Part shown: one piece after another, positions 14,101 to 64,000 of the stretch | Position numbering within the stretch: position 1 is the stretch's first letter | Layout of the letters: each line of letters begins with the position of its first letter | Assembly: GCA_964035545.1 (NCBI GenBank) | Contig: OZ037765.1 | Span: 20,894,995 to 20,958,994, forward strand | Reading direction: 5' to 3' | Source: Bugula neritina | Taxonomy: Eukaryota > Animalia > Bryozoa | Length of the DNA stretch: 64,000 nt | Position numbers and translations under genes: made by a program | The notes under the pieces: model-generated | What the model saw: the letters and a program-made list of their open reading frames with translations, nothing else | Told to the model about the DNA's origin: nothing | Databases searched by the model: none

Positions 14101-17100
14101 TCAAAATTATTTTGTTAGTTTAATGAAAAAGATGAAGTTCAAGGTTACAATCTTTGCTGTGTGAAATCAGTTGGAACTTGTAAAGAGTTTTACAGAGTTA
14201 GGCCTGTGAACAACGGTGCTTTATATAGACCACTTGTCAGATGTAAGTACAAAATATAATCTATTTCCAAATATTTGGTTAAATTATTTTTTAATTTTTC
14301 TAAGAATCTAAAAAGTGTGGGTTTTACAAAATCTCAATAGTCAAACTAATACTTTGTTGATAACCAAGCATCGCATATAAACCGTATTTTTAAAGTATCT
14401 AATTGTTATAAAATGTTCACGTGGTTACAATACTAAACATTTTGTGCTATCAAGGGCCATGGTTTGGAGATCCTCATATTGTAACATCTGATGGCTTTTC
14501 ATATACCTTTAATGGACTTGGTGAATATTTATTCACAAAGATTGAAGATAACGGTACAGCCATTCAGGCCAGAACTGAAAGAGTCAAGTTGGAAGATGGG
14601 AGTAAGTACATTTAGATATACAAGTTATGGTGAATTTTATAACTTTATGTATGGAGCCAAAATTATGGTATACGTATTAATTTATTTCATGATAATAAGT
14701 AAACTGTCATATTTCAGGTCTGGGACAAGCTACATACTTCAGTGCAGTCTGCATAGCAGTATCTGGATTACCCAGAGTACAGATTCAGATCAACAAGTCT
14801 CCTTCTGGTGCAGGGGTAGCTAACACAACTCAGTTGATAATTAATGGTACGATAGTAGATATTTCAGAGATTGAAGGCGAGTTTAGAGGAGCCCAGACTG
14901 TAGAAGGAGTAGATAGTAACATCATGTTTGAAAGAGATAACACTAGTCTGACAGTGTTCTTTTTTAACGGTTTATCTATAAAAGCAACTTCAGAAAACGT
15001 GAGTAGAATGCTTTTCATTAGTTTATGTATTCGACTGACACTGAAATCATTTATATGTTTATGATTGGCGTGCAAATTGACCTTAATCAATATAGGCGCA
15101 AAAAATATAAAATGAAGTGCTTTAGTAAAACCAGGATAAAGAAAATTTATAAACTGAGCATAACTTGTGATATAGCAAGGAACCAATCGAAAATGTCATC
15201 AACTAGTATACTGCCATATTTTGTTACAGAAAATGTTGACAATAACCATAGGAATGCCAGACGAGTTTAAAGGTTCAACAGTTGGTTTAACTGGAGTGTT
15301 TGATGGAGATCAAGAAAATGATTTAGCTCACTTGAATGGTACTGGACACATTTCTATTAACTCTACAGAAATGGAGATATTTGATTGGGCGAGCACTTGT
15401 AAGTATTGTTCTGACTCTCGTCTGGTAATGCTGATACTTTTCGTCAGATTATATAATTGTGTCTCTGCAATGGTTTACTAAATTTTAGTTTCTGTATCTG
15501 AAGAGGATTCTATCATGTATTATACTGAAGATGGAACTGACTGGTCAACTTATAACAACAACTCGTTTGTGCCCGTGTTTACTGATAACATTGATAACTG
15601 GGTGTGGCCTTCTGAAACAGTCAAGACAGAAGCTTACAACACTTGTGGAGATGACACATTTTGCATTTATGATATTTATGTGACTGAAGACTTGGAAGTT
15701 GGGAAAAGTAGCAAAATCGTAGCTGAAACCAGTGCTAAAACAAATGATGATTTAAGTATGTTGAATAGAACTCTATTACCTGCCATGTTTAGTTATTAAG
15801 ACAATGGCTGTTTGCTTCAAAGTCATATATTTACTATTTGTAGCTGGAGATTTTTTGAAAGTTTTCTTGGCAATAACTTGTTCAATGTTGGTTATCAATG
15901 TATAACAGCATGAGTCAGGGAAGTTAAAGCAGTGAAAGAGGAAAGTTGGCTGCATCTATGTTTATCTATGTTTATCATAGTTTTCCTTTTGTATGAAAAT
16001 GCATAATAACTGTCACTTTGTGTACAAAAAATTACACAATACCTACAATTATTTTGTCAATAAATTGAAAATTATCTGCATCTTCATACAAAAGGAAAAC
16101 TGTGAGAAATGTTAACACAGCTAACTTCCCTCCTCCATCTTTTTATAAGTTGCACTGACTTGTACCATTAAATTGATGGCCAACAGTCACCAAGCTATTG
16201 CCAAAAAGCTTTCTCAAAAACCTTTCACCAAAAAGCTTTGTCTATCCAGTTAGGAATGTAACAAAGCCCAGTGGTATTGGTGGTAAAGCTGACCCTTAAA
16301 TTTTTTTTCTTGAAAAGGCCTGCGCTATCAACTAGTTTCATGCAGTATATACACCCTGTGAGATGTATATACATATTGATATATTATATTCAAAATAAAA
16401 TTAATAATAAAGGTTTACATTTTCGCTTCAAATAATAATATGCATTATAAAGTTTTGCTTACAGTAGTACCAATGAAATGCTGCAGAGTAACTTTTAAAA
16501 GTACCAAAGTTTTATTGTGAGTTTTACACATATTTTCATAACCACACAACATGTTACATTTTCTCTTCCAGGTAACTTTGCACCTGAAATGTATGGTGAT
16601 GACTACATTGTTATATCTGAAGACGGAGAGTTCAATTATTCTATGTACGTAAATGACTCAAATGGTGATTCATTTTCTATTTCAACAAACGTTGCCAACA
16701 GCTCTATTACAGTGAAAGATGGTTTGGTCACCATTGTGGGTCAAATATCTGGACTTGCTACTTTTCAAAGCTTTTCTATCCTTGTAACGGTATGAATATA
16801 CATTTCTATGATTTTGCATAATTTATGTAGACAAAACTATTAGATTATTTGATTACTAAAGTTATAAAAAATTGGATATTCCATTTGAACATTTTAATGA
16901 CTTTACTATAGTTGAAAAAACGGCTGGTAACAAATCAGTGAACAGTGAAATTTTATTTGCTTTTAACTTAAAACTATCAATTAAATTTGTAAGACTTTCA
17001 TTTTTTTTATCTGCAGGATCTAAAAGGAGCTGCTAGCACAAAGAATCTACTAGTGATGGTTTGTCAATGTGTAAACAATGGGACTTGTGAGACTCTCTCT

Positions 17101-20100
17101 GAAACTGAGCGGCAGTCTCTTGAAGTTGAGTAAGTATATACCAGAATGCAAGAGTGGTGAAATTATTCTCATATATATATAATTAACAGTAAGGCAATAT
17201 AATCATTAATAACATATATTCTAAAAAGGGCTAACATAGTTTAATATTAAAAAATAGTAAATGTAATTGTATTTTAGCAACATTTTGTCACTTTTAAAAC
17301 TGTCTCTCATAGAAGATTTTGGTTTTTATTATTAGTGTTGTGGTACTGGATTGTATCTGTTCTACTGGATATACAGGAGATACTTGTGATACAGATTTAG
17401 ATGCATGTTCTTTGGTAGCTTCTCCTTGTTATCCATCAGTTCTGTGTGTAGATAGTCCACCACCAGCTGATCACACTGGATACACGTAAGTCTATGTTGA
17501 TATAATATCTGTAGGTTTCTCTTTTATCTTTATGTATCTCTAAACATCTACTAAATATTCATACTACTTACAGATGTGGAGATTGTCCACCTGGATACAC
17601 AGGAGATGGTAGAATATGTATAGATGTTGATGAATGCTTAGATGATGCAAGATGTGATCACCGCTGTATTAACTCACCTGGCTCTTATGTATGCGCTTGC
17701 TATCGGGGTCATGAACTCAATGAAAATGGAGTAACATGTGATGGTAGTATATATAATATGTATATATGAATAACCTATAGCTGCAAAAATCATAGTAATT
17801 GTGAATTGTTATTTAATATTAATTATCTAAAATCGGTTTAAGAAAGTGTTACAATAATTTCTAATAAAAGAATTTTTTATCAATTGAACTTGTGCAAAAC
17901 AAAAAGTTACATTTATCTAAATGTCTTTGTAATAAAATTATGGTGAAGCATTAATTGAGGTTTCTATGACAACATTTAGATATCAATGAGTGTGAAGTCT
18001 TGGCTCCTTGTCATCAGGTCTGTAACAACACTCCCGGTTCATTTCAATGCAGTTGTACTGAAAATATGGTCCTTAGTGTGGACAACATCAACTGTGAACG
18101 TAAGTGATAGAATATGTTTAGCTAAGATAACTTTTTGTATATATTAAAATAATCACTTTTCATTAGCTTAAGAGCTAATCTAGTTTGTTTATCACAGGGC
18201 TGTCCAACAGGCAACCTCAGGGTCGAATGCACTCCCAGCCGACATTTATGTGGCTCTCAAAAGCATAAAAAATAAAAGTATTTTGCACACATCTATGAAT
18301 TAAAGTAGAATAATCACCTTTTAAACGTCTTATCTATTCTACAGTACATGCAGCCTGTAGCAGTTTTTAGAAATCCATTATTTAATAATTTTTAAGAATT
18401 TTAAATACATTATTTTGGAAAATGCTGACGCTGTGGTCTCCAGCCCAAGCAAATTGTACAATGTGACTCTTGCCATAAAATATTCTATTTCAGTTGAAGT
18501 TATATCACGTCTTGTTAGAAAAATAATAACAGTTTAGTTCTTTACTTGTAGCATCTTCTGCCTGCAATGCAACAGCTTTTTGCGATGATGCAAATGGGAT
18601 ATGTAGTCTGGTAAATGGTACAGAGTCGTGCTCATGTGTCAAAGGCTACACTCTGAATGGTGATGGAAAAACATGTGATGAGACTGATGAGTGTGCTCTG
18701 GGAACAGATGCATGTTCTCATAACTGTACAAATACAGATGGTGGATACAACTGTAGCTGTGCATCTGGTTATGTTCTTGATACTAATGGATTCACTTGCA
18801 ATGGTAACGGTTTTGAAAAATAAACTAGTGCGGATTGTAAATATAATGACAATCAATAGATATAGCACATAGTGTGTATAATAAATCGCTTCAGAAAACT
18901 ATATTAATTACTTGTATCTGATTCAATTTTTTTATGTTTATTTCTTTTGCGGTTAATTCTGTTTCGGTATAAAATTGTAATGTCAGTTTATTTTGTGTGT
19001 TTTAATTTTAGACATCAATGAATGTTTTGGAGGTATATTTGAATGTGAAAACTCTCATGTGTGTGAGAACAAAAGAGGAGGATATGATTGCGTATGCGCC
19101 GCCAATTTGGTAAAGTATTACCATAGATGCACAGGTGAGATCTTTACAGCACTTGCATATGCACTGGAGACAATAGTATTCATTAGTTGTAATAGTAGCA
19201 GTAATAGCAACAACAGTATAGTAGCACCTCTTCGACAGCTTCAAGTAGCAGCAGTTTAGTGATTATAGACTATTGGTAACACTTGCGAATAGATGCAATA
19301 AAGTGTTATCCATGTTTTATTCATGAAAAAATTAATTGATGATATTTTATTCAAAGAAAAATAATTGCCAAGGAAGCCAGTTATTCACTGGTTTCTTTTA
19401 TTTTTAATATGCAGCCATGTATGTATAATATATAATGACAACTTATTTTTAAAGTGTTCAAAATAAATTTTCAGTCATAACTTTTATATTTGAGTAACAA
19501 AAGCATAAAATATTTCGGCATGAAAAAGAATTGTTAGAAGTAATTGTGCAAATTATTGTAAAATTATTGTACCCTATATTATAATAATATTAAATTGTCA
19601 AAGTATTTTAAAAAATACGCTTCGTCCATAAACATAATAGTTTGTACTCATCAAGAAAAAGTGCATTCTCAACCCTTTTTGTTTATTGTTTAGTAAACTT
19701 GTCAAACTTTTAGAGCTGAAAAAAATTATCACAAAAAAATATTATTTATTACATTCATAGTTATAGAAGATTCAAGCTCTGTACCAAATCCTACTGGACC
19801 TGTGAGAATAGAAGCTGAAAATAATGCCATCACCTTCAATTATTACACAACAAGAAACGAGGTAGAATCTTATTATAGCCATTTATTTAAATATGGCATA
19901 TACATAGATACTTTTTTCAATTTTGAAAAGTGTGCATAAATTGTAAGGCTTTTTTTAAATATTTTATCAACTAAAAGTCTTTATACAATAATATCATACT
20001 TTGAAGATTTATATAAATATAAATTTACTGCATGTTTGATTTAATGATATAGTTTACTGTGAGAGATGAAATTCTACTAAAGAGGACATTAGCACATGTG

Positions 20101-22201
20101 GGAAATGAAGTCTGCTCTGTCAAATCTTGTCACTTCATTCAAGCTGAAGCTCATTTTAACTATACAAGGTACAGTATACATGATATAATGTACTGCCAAC
20201 TAAACCCGCAATCATCAATGCAGATCTAAGAGTGTAACTGGCTATTGCATTTCATATAAAAAGATTGTGTGGCAGAAGTTTGCAACATTTAGACTAAGTT
20301 TTGGATAAAAGTTTGTAATATTCCATTTTGTGAAAAGGAAATGTTTGGTTTTTGTTCTCATGAACTTATTATGATTCGATTATAAAATTTTATATTATTA
20401 TGTGCTGCTATATATATTTATATGTCGAATAAAAAGTATGAGGTATTAATAAATAGCAAAAATATAAGTTTAAAGTTTATGCTTGTTTTATTGCTGCATG
20501 GTTATAGGCACATGTATAGCAACAAAATAGGTAACTGTAAATTTATAGGCACAATTTTGAAAAAGTTAAGAGATGGCAATTTTTTGAGAACATAATATTA
20601 TTTGTAATATTTCTCATACAGACGTCTCGTAATTTCTTTCAATTATTCAACCTACTTCAAAATTTTAGGGTACCGGTTTATTACAATTTTAGACAAGGGC
20701 TTTTTCAAGCATGCTAAGAACTTGGTTGTGTAGTGGCAAATGCATGAGTACTTAAGACTAAATGCCCTTCCCTTCATTAGCAGTGGTCTTTACTAGGAAT
20801 TAAACCAATATATACTCTTGTTTTTACTATAAGCTCCTGCTCTATGTAGTCATTAGACCATGGCTGAAGTGTTTATATTTTGTAGTGACGATTCCAATAA
20901 AACTGCGATATTTGATCAAGAAAGCTTCGCCAGAACTCCAGGACATGTCAGCTACAAGAATAATGGGAGACAGCAACTAACTTTCTATGCCTTTGTAACA
21001 GAGTATGGCTTTTTAAGTGCCACAGATCTTCTGGAAATTGTGACTCAAGTATCTAAAAACACATCAAGCACTGATGGTAATTATGAAATGCATTATTAAT
21101 TATGCTGCAACACTTCAATAGTTATATAGGAAACTTATTTTAATTATATATTTGATCATTTTTATTAAAGCATTTAATTTACTCACCTTTTTAGCTACAA
21201 AATGCTTTAATGCTTGATTGTAATAAAATTAAACTGTTTTGCAGAAATTTACATTACTGCTATTGAGGATGAGTCATTGGAACAAACCACCAGCACTGTA
21301 AGCTCAGATGATACTGAAAGAAGTAAAGTAGCAGATGAGTTACCTATTGCAGGCGGAATTTCCGCAGGAGTGTTACTTTTGATTGCTGTTGCATTGGTTG
21401 TTCACTTCAAAGTTGAAAAATCCCGGTAAGGTCAATTAAAATCAAGATTTGTTTATGTAAAAAATAGTTGCCATTTGCATTCACAACTGTTGCTCAAAAC
21501 TAAAAGCAAAGGCATGAAAAAGTGGCCTTTCCTGATAAAAATTTATCGGTGTTTTCATCCAACTTACATTAGGCGTGTAACTTTGACCTAATAAGGTAGA
21601 TATTCTTGCTTTACTATTCTCTTTTTAAAAATTTTAGTGAATATACAATTATGGTAATTCTATAGGAATAACAAAATCGAACTTGGTATTTATAAAAACA
21701 ACTAAAGCAAGTATACTCCACATTGTTTAGTTAGTAAAGTATTTGCATTGATGTGTAAAATTTAATACTTGGAACTTTTAAAATATTATGATCAAGTTCT
21801 TATAACAATATTTAGTTAAATTTCTGTGACTTCAATATCAACTGAGCTATTTTATTTCTTAGCTGATTTTAGTTTCTATTTGAGATTAATAATAAACATA
21901 AATGAACTATTTGTATTTGTATAGTTATGCATACTCAACAAGCACTATAATTTTTAGTACCTTAATGCATTGGGGATTTTTGCTTGAGTAATTAATGTTT
22001 AGTATAAAAAGTATCAAAATATGTTTAATCAAATTAGCAAAAATATATGAAATCTAGACAACAAACCATTATAGGCTGCATTTAGTTTATTACATACAGA
22101 ATTTTCAAGCTATACTATAAAATTTTAGAAAGAAAAACTTGGATGAGGCTGTTTTTGAAGAGCAAGAAGAGATTCAGCTAAATCCAGCAGTTCAGAAATA
22201 A
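3979..22201 (+). CDS. Gene A: MUC4/SUSD2/Mesh-like membrane protein (signal peptide, 2x NIDO, AMOP, VWD, Ig/cadherin-like, 7x EGF, juxtamembrane domain, TM, short tail), about 1,624 aa
   Basis: Hand-built GT-AG, phase-consistent coding exons: 3979-4075, 4258-4382, 5210-5405, 6746-6912, 7197-7295, 8625-8748, 9064-9275, 9867-10131, 10714-10883, 11471-11564, 12498-12683, 12980-13148, 13759-13933, 14119-14242, 14455-14601, 14718-14998, 15230-15398, 15489-15755, 16572-16789, 17017-17129, 17336-17485, 17574-17743, 17980-18099, 18552-18803, 19012-19134, 19761-19861, 20053-20168, 20886-21076, 21245-21425, then 22129-22201 (or 21666-21705). Total 4875 nt, divisible by 3. Motifs: [39 protein letters not shown] (NIDO); [20 protein letters not shown] (AMOP); [21 protein letters not shown] (VWD); DVDEC/DINEC (cbEGF); [23 protein letters not shown] (TM). 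Confidence 0.9.
5903..6672. mobile_element. Fold-back/MITE-like DNA element with about 180-bp terminal inverted repeats, in gene A intron 3
   Basis: 5908-6088 (AGTGCCAAAAGG...GGTCTCACACCTTTATTATTCATT) is the reverse complement of about 6488-6667, roughly 80% identical by eye. Flanks CTGTAAC (5896-5902) and CTGTAAG (6673-6679) are a candidate TSD. Short ATGAG-containing subrepeats lie inside. Confidence 0.8.
8068..8187. repeat. (CA)n/(CACACG)n compound microsatellite
   Basis: Direct read. Confidence 0.97.
9064..13030 (+). other. Gene A NIDO domain 2 (exons 7-12)
   Basis: [10 protein letters not shown] / ICTNGVIDF / FSPFWS / VYYQVY / WVLVVTW / [20 protein letters not shown] / LPGSGT..GN..GEWLFRV. 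Confidence 0.85.
11600..12370 (-). mobile_element. Degenerate RTE-clade LINE 3' fragment in gene A intron 10
   Basis: Minus-strand translation with stops and frameshifts gives [11 protein letters not shown]../[53 protein letters not shown]. These match RTE C-terminal motifs (FKYLG, SGVLCD, IYKT..RP.L.YG.E.W, RLRWYGHV.R). Confidence 0.75.
13040..15755 (+). other. Gene A AMOP plus VWD region
   Basis: [37 protein letters not shown], then WFGDPH and [16 protein letters not shown]. Confidence 0.85.
15850..16222. mobile_element. Palindromic (MITE-like) element in gene A intron 18
   Basis: Arms are reverse complements: CATAGTTTTCCTTTTGTATGAAAATGCA (about 15976) vs TGCATCTTCATACAAAAGGAAAACTGTG (about 16077), and TTGGCAATAACTTG..TGTTGGTTATCAAT vs ATTGATGGCCAACA..CAAGCTATTGCCAA. 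Confidence 0.7.
17017..19134 (+). other. Gene A EGF cluster (7 EGF-like repeats, several calcium-binding type)
   Basis: [21 protein letters not shown]; [17 protein letters not shown]; DVDEC; DINEC; SSAC..CSCVKGY; ETDEC; DINEC. Confidence 0.9.
18195..18480 (+). mobile_element. hAT-like MITE remnant
   Basis: Begins CAGGGCTGTCCAAC, a typical hAT-type terminus, followed by decayed GTGGCTCTC/GTGGTCTCC subterminal motifs. The 3' TIR was not recognisable. Confidence 0.45.
21666..21705 (+). CDS. Gene A candidate alternative terminal coding exon ([13 protein letters not shown])
   Basis: CTATAG acceptor in phase 2, matching the exon 29 donor (CG|GTAAG at 21425). Stop TAA at 21703-21705; AATAAA at 21891. 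Confidence 0.5.
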
Positions 22202-22547
22202 TTAATCTGTGTTAATGACAATATAGTTCTAATTTTATGTCTTATAATTTTAATGACAAAAAGTTTGAATAAATTGCTGCATTGTTTTTATACATTCACT
22301 ATCTAACTTGAGATTTTGCAATGTCTGTAACCTGTAATAACTTTAGTTGCAGCCCTTTTTATTTTTAGAAATTACAAATAATATTCGTACTATAAAGAAA
22401 GCTAACATAAGAAAGCAAGTTAATTTGTTATTGAACTTTTTTCTATGTTAGCTTTGTTTCCATTTGTATTTATTATAAAGTTCCTTTCCTATTTTACTGG
22501 TAGCAATAATTGCCTTGTTGCTCTCTGTGAAATCTGATAAATTTAAT

Positions 22548-22632
22548 ATATTTATACATATATATTATATATATATATATTATATATATATTATATATAT
22601 ATTATATTATACATTATATATATTTATACATA
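22548..22632. repeat. AT-rich low-complexity (TA/TTA) tract
   Basis: Direct read. Confidence 0.85.
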
Positions 22633-23359
22633 TTTTTTTACAAAAGAAAGAATTATTCTAATATCCAATTAACTACCTATAATTGTTGGATGTTTTTTTT
22701 ATAATCACAGCTGAAACCCTTCACAGCTAATGCAGTATATTGTCTACTGACATCATGTTCCCTGATTGCATCCACCGAAGACAATGAACAAAAAATCACA
22801 AGTAACGATAAGCACCATTTGATTAGTCAATAGAATTTTAGCAACACTGATTATTTCATTTCTGCCACGTTTCAGTGTCTGCCACGTTTCTGCTGTTTGT
22901 GGAAGACTCATTCAGGGACTATTTACTATGTGCGAGTGCGTGCTAATCGAGGCACATTGTTTTATAATGTTATATATGGTATGTAAAACAATGATTTTAG
23001 TTCATCATTCTAATACGATAAAAGATTTCATTTTATTCTCTATACATTCCCCTGTGACAGCTGATAATGGTTGCTGTATATTAGCACTGGTGCTGTTTGG
23101 CACGGATGCCTATGTATTGTGATTCACTTAATGAAGAGTGAATAGATGGAGGACACAGAAGCAGGCCACAGCTCTATTTTTTGTCTATTGCCAACAGCAT
23201 ATTTCCTAAGATAGACTTAGACTTAAACTCACACTTATACTTAGACTCATACTGTAACCTATAACTATAAAAATTACAAACATATTGTTAACTTGACACT
23301 AATTACATAGCTGACAAAACATTTAGTTAATGAAGTTCAAAAGATAATATAATACTTGC

Positions 23360-23560
23360 TACTTACAATTATTTTGACAATTAAGTATAGATTGCCTGCA
23401 TCTTTAGCAGGAGGAAAATTGAGCTACACTGACTCATTGCACAAAATCTGTCAGTAAATAGCTATGGCGAAAGCTTTTACAAAAAGCTTTCGTTACACAA
23501 TGGTTTTCTGAAAGCTACCAAAAAAGCTACTGCAACACTGTAACATGAACAAAAGTTCCC
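23360..23560 (+). repeat. Remnant related to the palindromic element at 15850-16222
   Basis: TACAATTATTTTGACAAT..CTGCATCTTT..GGAAAATTGAG..CACTGACT..AGCTAT..AAAGCTTT resembles 16044-16240. Confidence 0.5.
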
Positions 23561-23665
23561 AACACATGGTAATTCTACTCATCGTATATAGGGAAGAAGT
23601 CAATCGCAGTATATTGTTGAACAAGTTCTAGTTTCAGCTTGAAATCAATATAATTTTAAATACAG

Positions 23666-24686
23666 GACGAAAATAATAAAACTCTTTTGGGATACCTAAT
23701 TGACAATGATACGGCATATGGATTGGAGCAAAAGACTTTACCAGACATTCAAGCTTTTTCAACTTCATTGTATTATCTCTTTAATACATCTGGTTCGTCT
23801 CTGGAAAACCTGGTTCGAGGAACTGATTTTATTGGTGGTATTCTGAAGTCAATTTCCGATTTTGATGTTGTGCCACCTCCAAAGAACCCAAAATCATTAA
23901 ATGGAGTTTGGTACCCTGGCGGCCTAAGCTTGCAATTGTGAGTGGCTATGTAGTAGCATATAACACTGTAGCTAATATGTCAGCTTGCAAGAGATAATTT
24001 AGAAAAATAATTAGTATTTCTATATATCAATAATTATGGATTCTAGTTTTTGCCAAAACACCAACTCTGGCCCGTTTTATTTTTTCATTTTTCAAAGTTG
24101 GCCATGCTTAAATCAAAGTTATTGTCGCAACTGAAAAAAATTGTGCACTATGTATTTCTTATTATATATTCAACTTAAAATAATATTTATTGACCTTTTA
24201 CAATATTATTTAAGAGTTCATATAGTTATTGGTTTGGAATTACAATTTAAAAAAATGATTATTTTTGTTTCTGATAATTAAACAGTAGAGCAACGGTGAC
24301 TAAAGTAAAACTCTGTTTTGCTTCACTTGGAGAACTTTGCAATTTAATAATTCGCAGTAAGACTACAGCTATAACCATAAAACTAAAGTATATTTCCTTG
24401 CACAAAAACATACTACATGATATAGAATGTATACGTGCAACAGAGACCTTGCTTTGCATCACAATCTTTGTATTGGTTGTGTAACCTTGAAATTGTATAA
24501 ACAAGAATTTACATATGTTATAACTTACTCTTTCCTTGCTTCAGATACATTCACTTTAAAGATGTGAGTGGAGTTCAGGTGGAGGTAAACAAAAACATTA
24601 GAATCAATGAAAGTAAAAGAACCGAATTTGCTAAAAAGCTTGCAATTGCTATTGCAAGATTTGTGAAAAAAATTTCCGGAAACTAA
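23666..24686 (+). CDS. 3' half (two exons) of an N-formylglutamate amidohydrolase-like / Zn-exopeptidase-fold protein; 5' part not found (partial gene or pseudogene)
   Basis: Exons 23666-23937 (CAG acceptor, GTGAGT donor) and 24545-24686 (TTCAG acceptor, TAA) join in frame: DENNKTLLGYLI...STSLYYL..SLENLVRGTDFIGGIL..FDVVPPPKNPK..VWYPGGLSLQLYIHFKDVSGVQVEVNKNIR...RTEFAKKLAIAIARF. This fits the remembered family pattern LGY..SI..L..E.L.RG..SLG..VPS..P..Y..GG..IQ.E..R..FA..LA.AI..F. Family assignment is from memory. Confidence 0.65.
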
Positions 24687-26286
24687 AAGATAAATTATGA
24701 AGTGGTTTGAAGAGGTTAGCCATGTTATAATTCGTTGCTCGGGTATATATATAAGCTTATCTGTTAATTATATCTATGGATTTTTGTTGGAATTAAGGTT
24801 ATCATAGTTTAATCATTATTTGTCATAACTATTAAAGCTTTATTGAAAGCTATTTCCTATCAATATAACAGTCATTTTTGTAATTGCAGTGATCAGTTTA
24901 AATAATCAACAAAAATAATATTTTTTAGATATAGGCATGAATTAAAAATGCACGTCAATTATTTTTGGAACATACTGCTTCAACTTGTTATATTATGTAT
25001 CTAGTAATAGTTTTTTATTCATAATAGTTTGCTATGCTTTAGTATTTTGTAGTTGTTTTTTTCAAGCTATAAAACCTTATGTATCTATATAAACTATATA
25101 TTGTTTTTGATTTATGTATAAATTACACACAATATTGATGATCAAATACCGTAAAAAAGATTTTCTCCATTTTACCATACACCAACAGCTCCATGCAGTA
25201 TGACAAAAATTAAGCTAATTTTGTTTTTTATATAAGGTAAACTTAAAACTTATATTTACAAAAGTTTCAAACTAAAAATATTTCAACTGCATTTTTACAT
25301 TGTAGCATAAACACATAAATAGTATGATATAGCAGAACGGTATACATGCATAGACTTGTGCAACGATACCCGTATGTATTATTCCAGTAGTAAAAAATTG
25401 AAGTTGCTGAATGATTTTCTAATAATTTTTGTTTCCTCAAAACAGAACCCTCCGACATGATTATGCAGTCCATTTTTTACAAGCACAGTATGAAAGTCTT
25501 TGTTTTATTAAAAAAGCTATAATAATATAGCTTAATAGTCATCTTCAATTTAAACTAAGCAGTAGTCTGAAGGTGCTCCTGTACCTGTAGTATATCAGAA
25601 CTCTTTGAACCGTAACAGTTATAGAAACTCTGTTGAAAATTATATTTTAGTAAACTAAAAATAATTGAATTAAATTATTATATAAAAAAAACACCAAAGT
25701 AACCAAAATTACAGTTTTTCAATAAAAAATATATAAGCAAGCATATCACAAAATATATAGCTATTGTTAAGAAACAAATCATAGTCAACTTTTATGCAAT
25801 GAGTCATTCTAATTTTTTCTTGAGCCATTTGTCAACAAGTATGCTGCAAAATATAATACAATTCTTAAAGTATGTCTTGTAAAAACCATAGTTTAAAATT
25901 GTTCTAGAAATAGTCATATTTTAACCAGGTATAAATAGGGAGCTGTGAGTTACTTTCAAATATGATTCAAATTCAATGAAGTTGGTTGACAATTTCTTAA
26001 CTTGAGCAAATATGAAGAACTTTTCAAAATAAACTGATGGCTAAATGCATGCGTGCTATAAACAACAATTTGGATGACTAAACCACCAGAGCATTGAAAT
26101 TGTGGGATTGTGCTTCTGTTGTTATTGGAGTTATGACATCATAACTTTTAGCGCAGATATAGCTGAGAACTGAATACACATGTGAACAGCTGGGGACCTA
26201 GTGGAAACCTGGATAGTTGTGCTAATGTTACATAAATATCTTAAAATAAGCTTGTAAATGGCTTACTAAAAGTAGAGTTTCTGAAA

Positions 26287-64000
<37,714 letters not shown>

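Noticed and set aside
18632-18872. ORFs 18632-18868, 18657-18872 and counterparts 28592-28859
   Set aside because: They are off-frame or antisense readings of the EGF exons.

Overview
AT-rich, intron-rich animal (invertebrate) DNA; nothing prokaryotic is present. The window holds two paralogous 30-exon genes facing each other tail-to-tail. Both encode MUC4/SUSD2/Mesh-type membrane proteins with the architecture NIDO-NIDO-AMOP-VWD(GDPH)-Ig/cadherin-like-7xEGF-juxtamembrane domain-TM-short tail. Gene A (+, 3979-22201, about 1,620 aa) is complete, has no mucin domain and appears to have two alternative last exons. Gene B (-, from beyond 64000 down to 26287, at least 2,321 aa) has a large His/Tyr-rich TTTP(Y/H) mucin repeat exon, a GC-AG intron and a furin-type RRKR site that A lacks. 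The paralogs show patchy near-identity that extends into introns, consistent with gene conversion. One intron of gene B contains an 18,255-bp CACTA/EnSpm-like element (30278-48532) with 12-bp CCC-type TIRs, an AG target-site duplication and AACGTT subterminal arrays. I saw no transposase in it. It carries a candidate spliced cargo gene, a decayed ORF, internal duplications, a hairpin and a 65-bp satellite. Between the two genes lies the 3' half of an N-formylglutamate-amidohydrolase-like gene. Also present: an orphan exon of a third paralog, RTE and L2/CR1-group LINE remnants, MITEs, a SINE remnant and microsatellites. All gene models were built by hand from splice signals and paralog comparison; no database searches were run.
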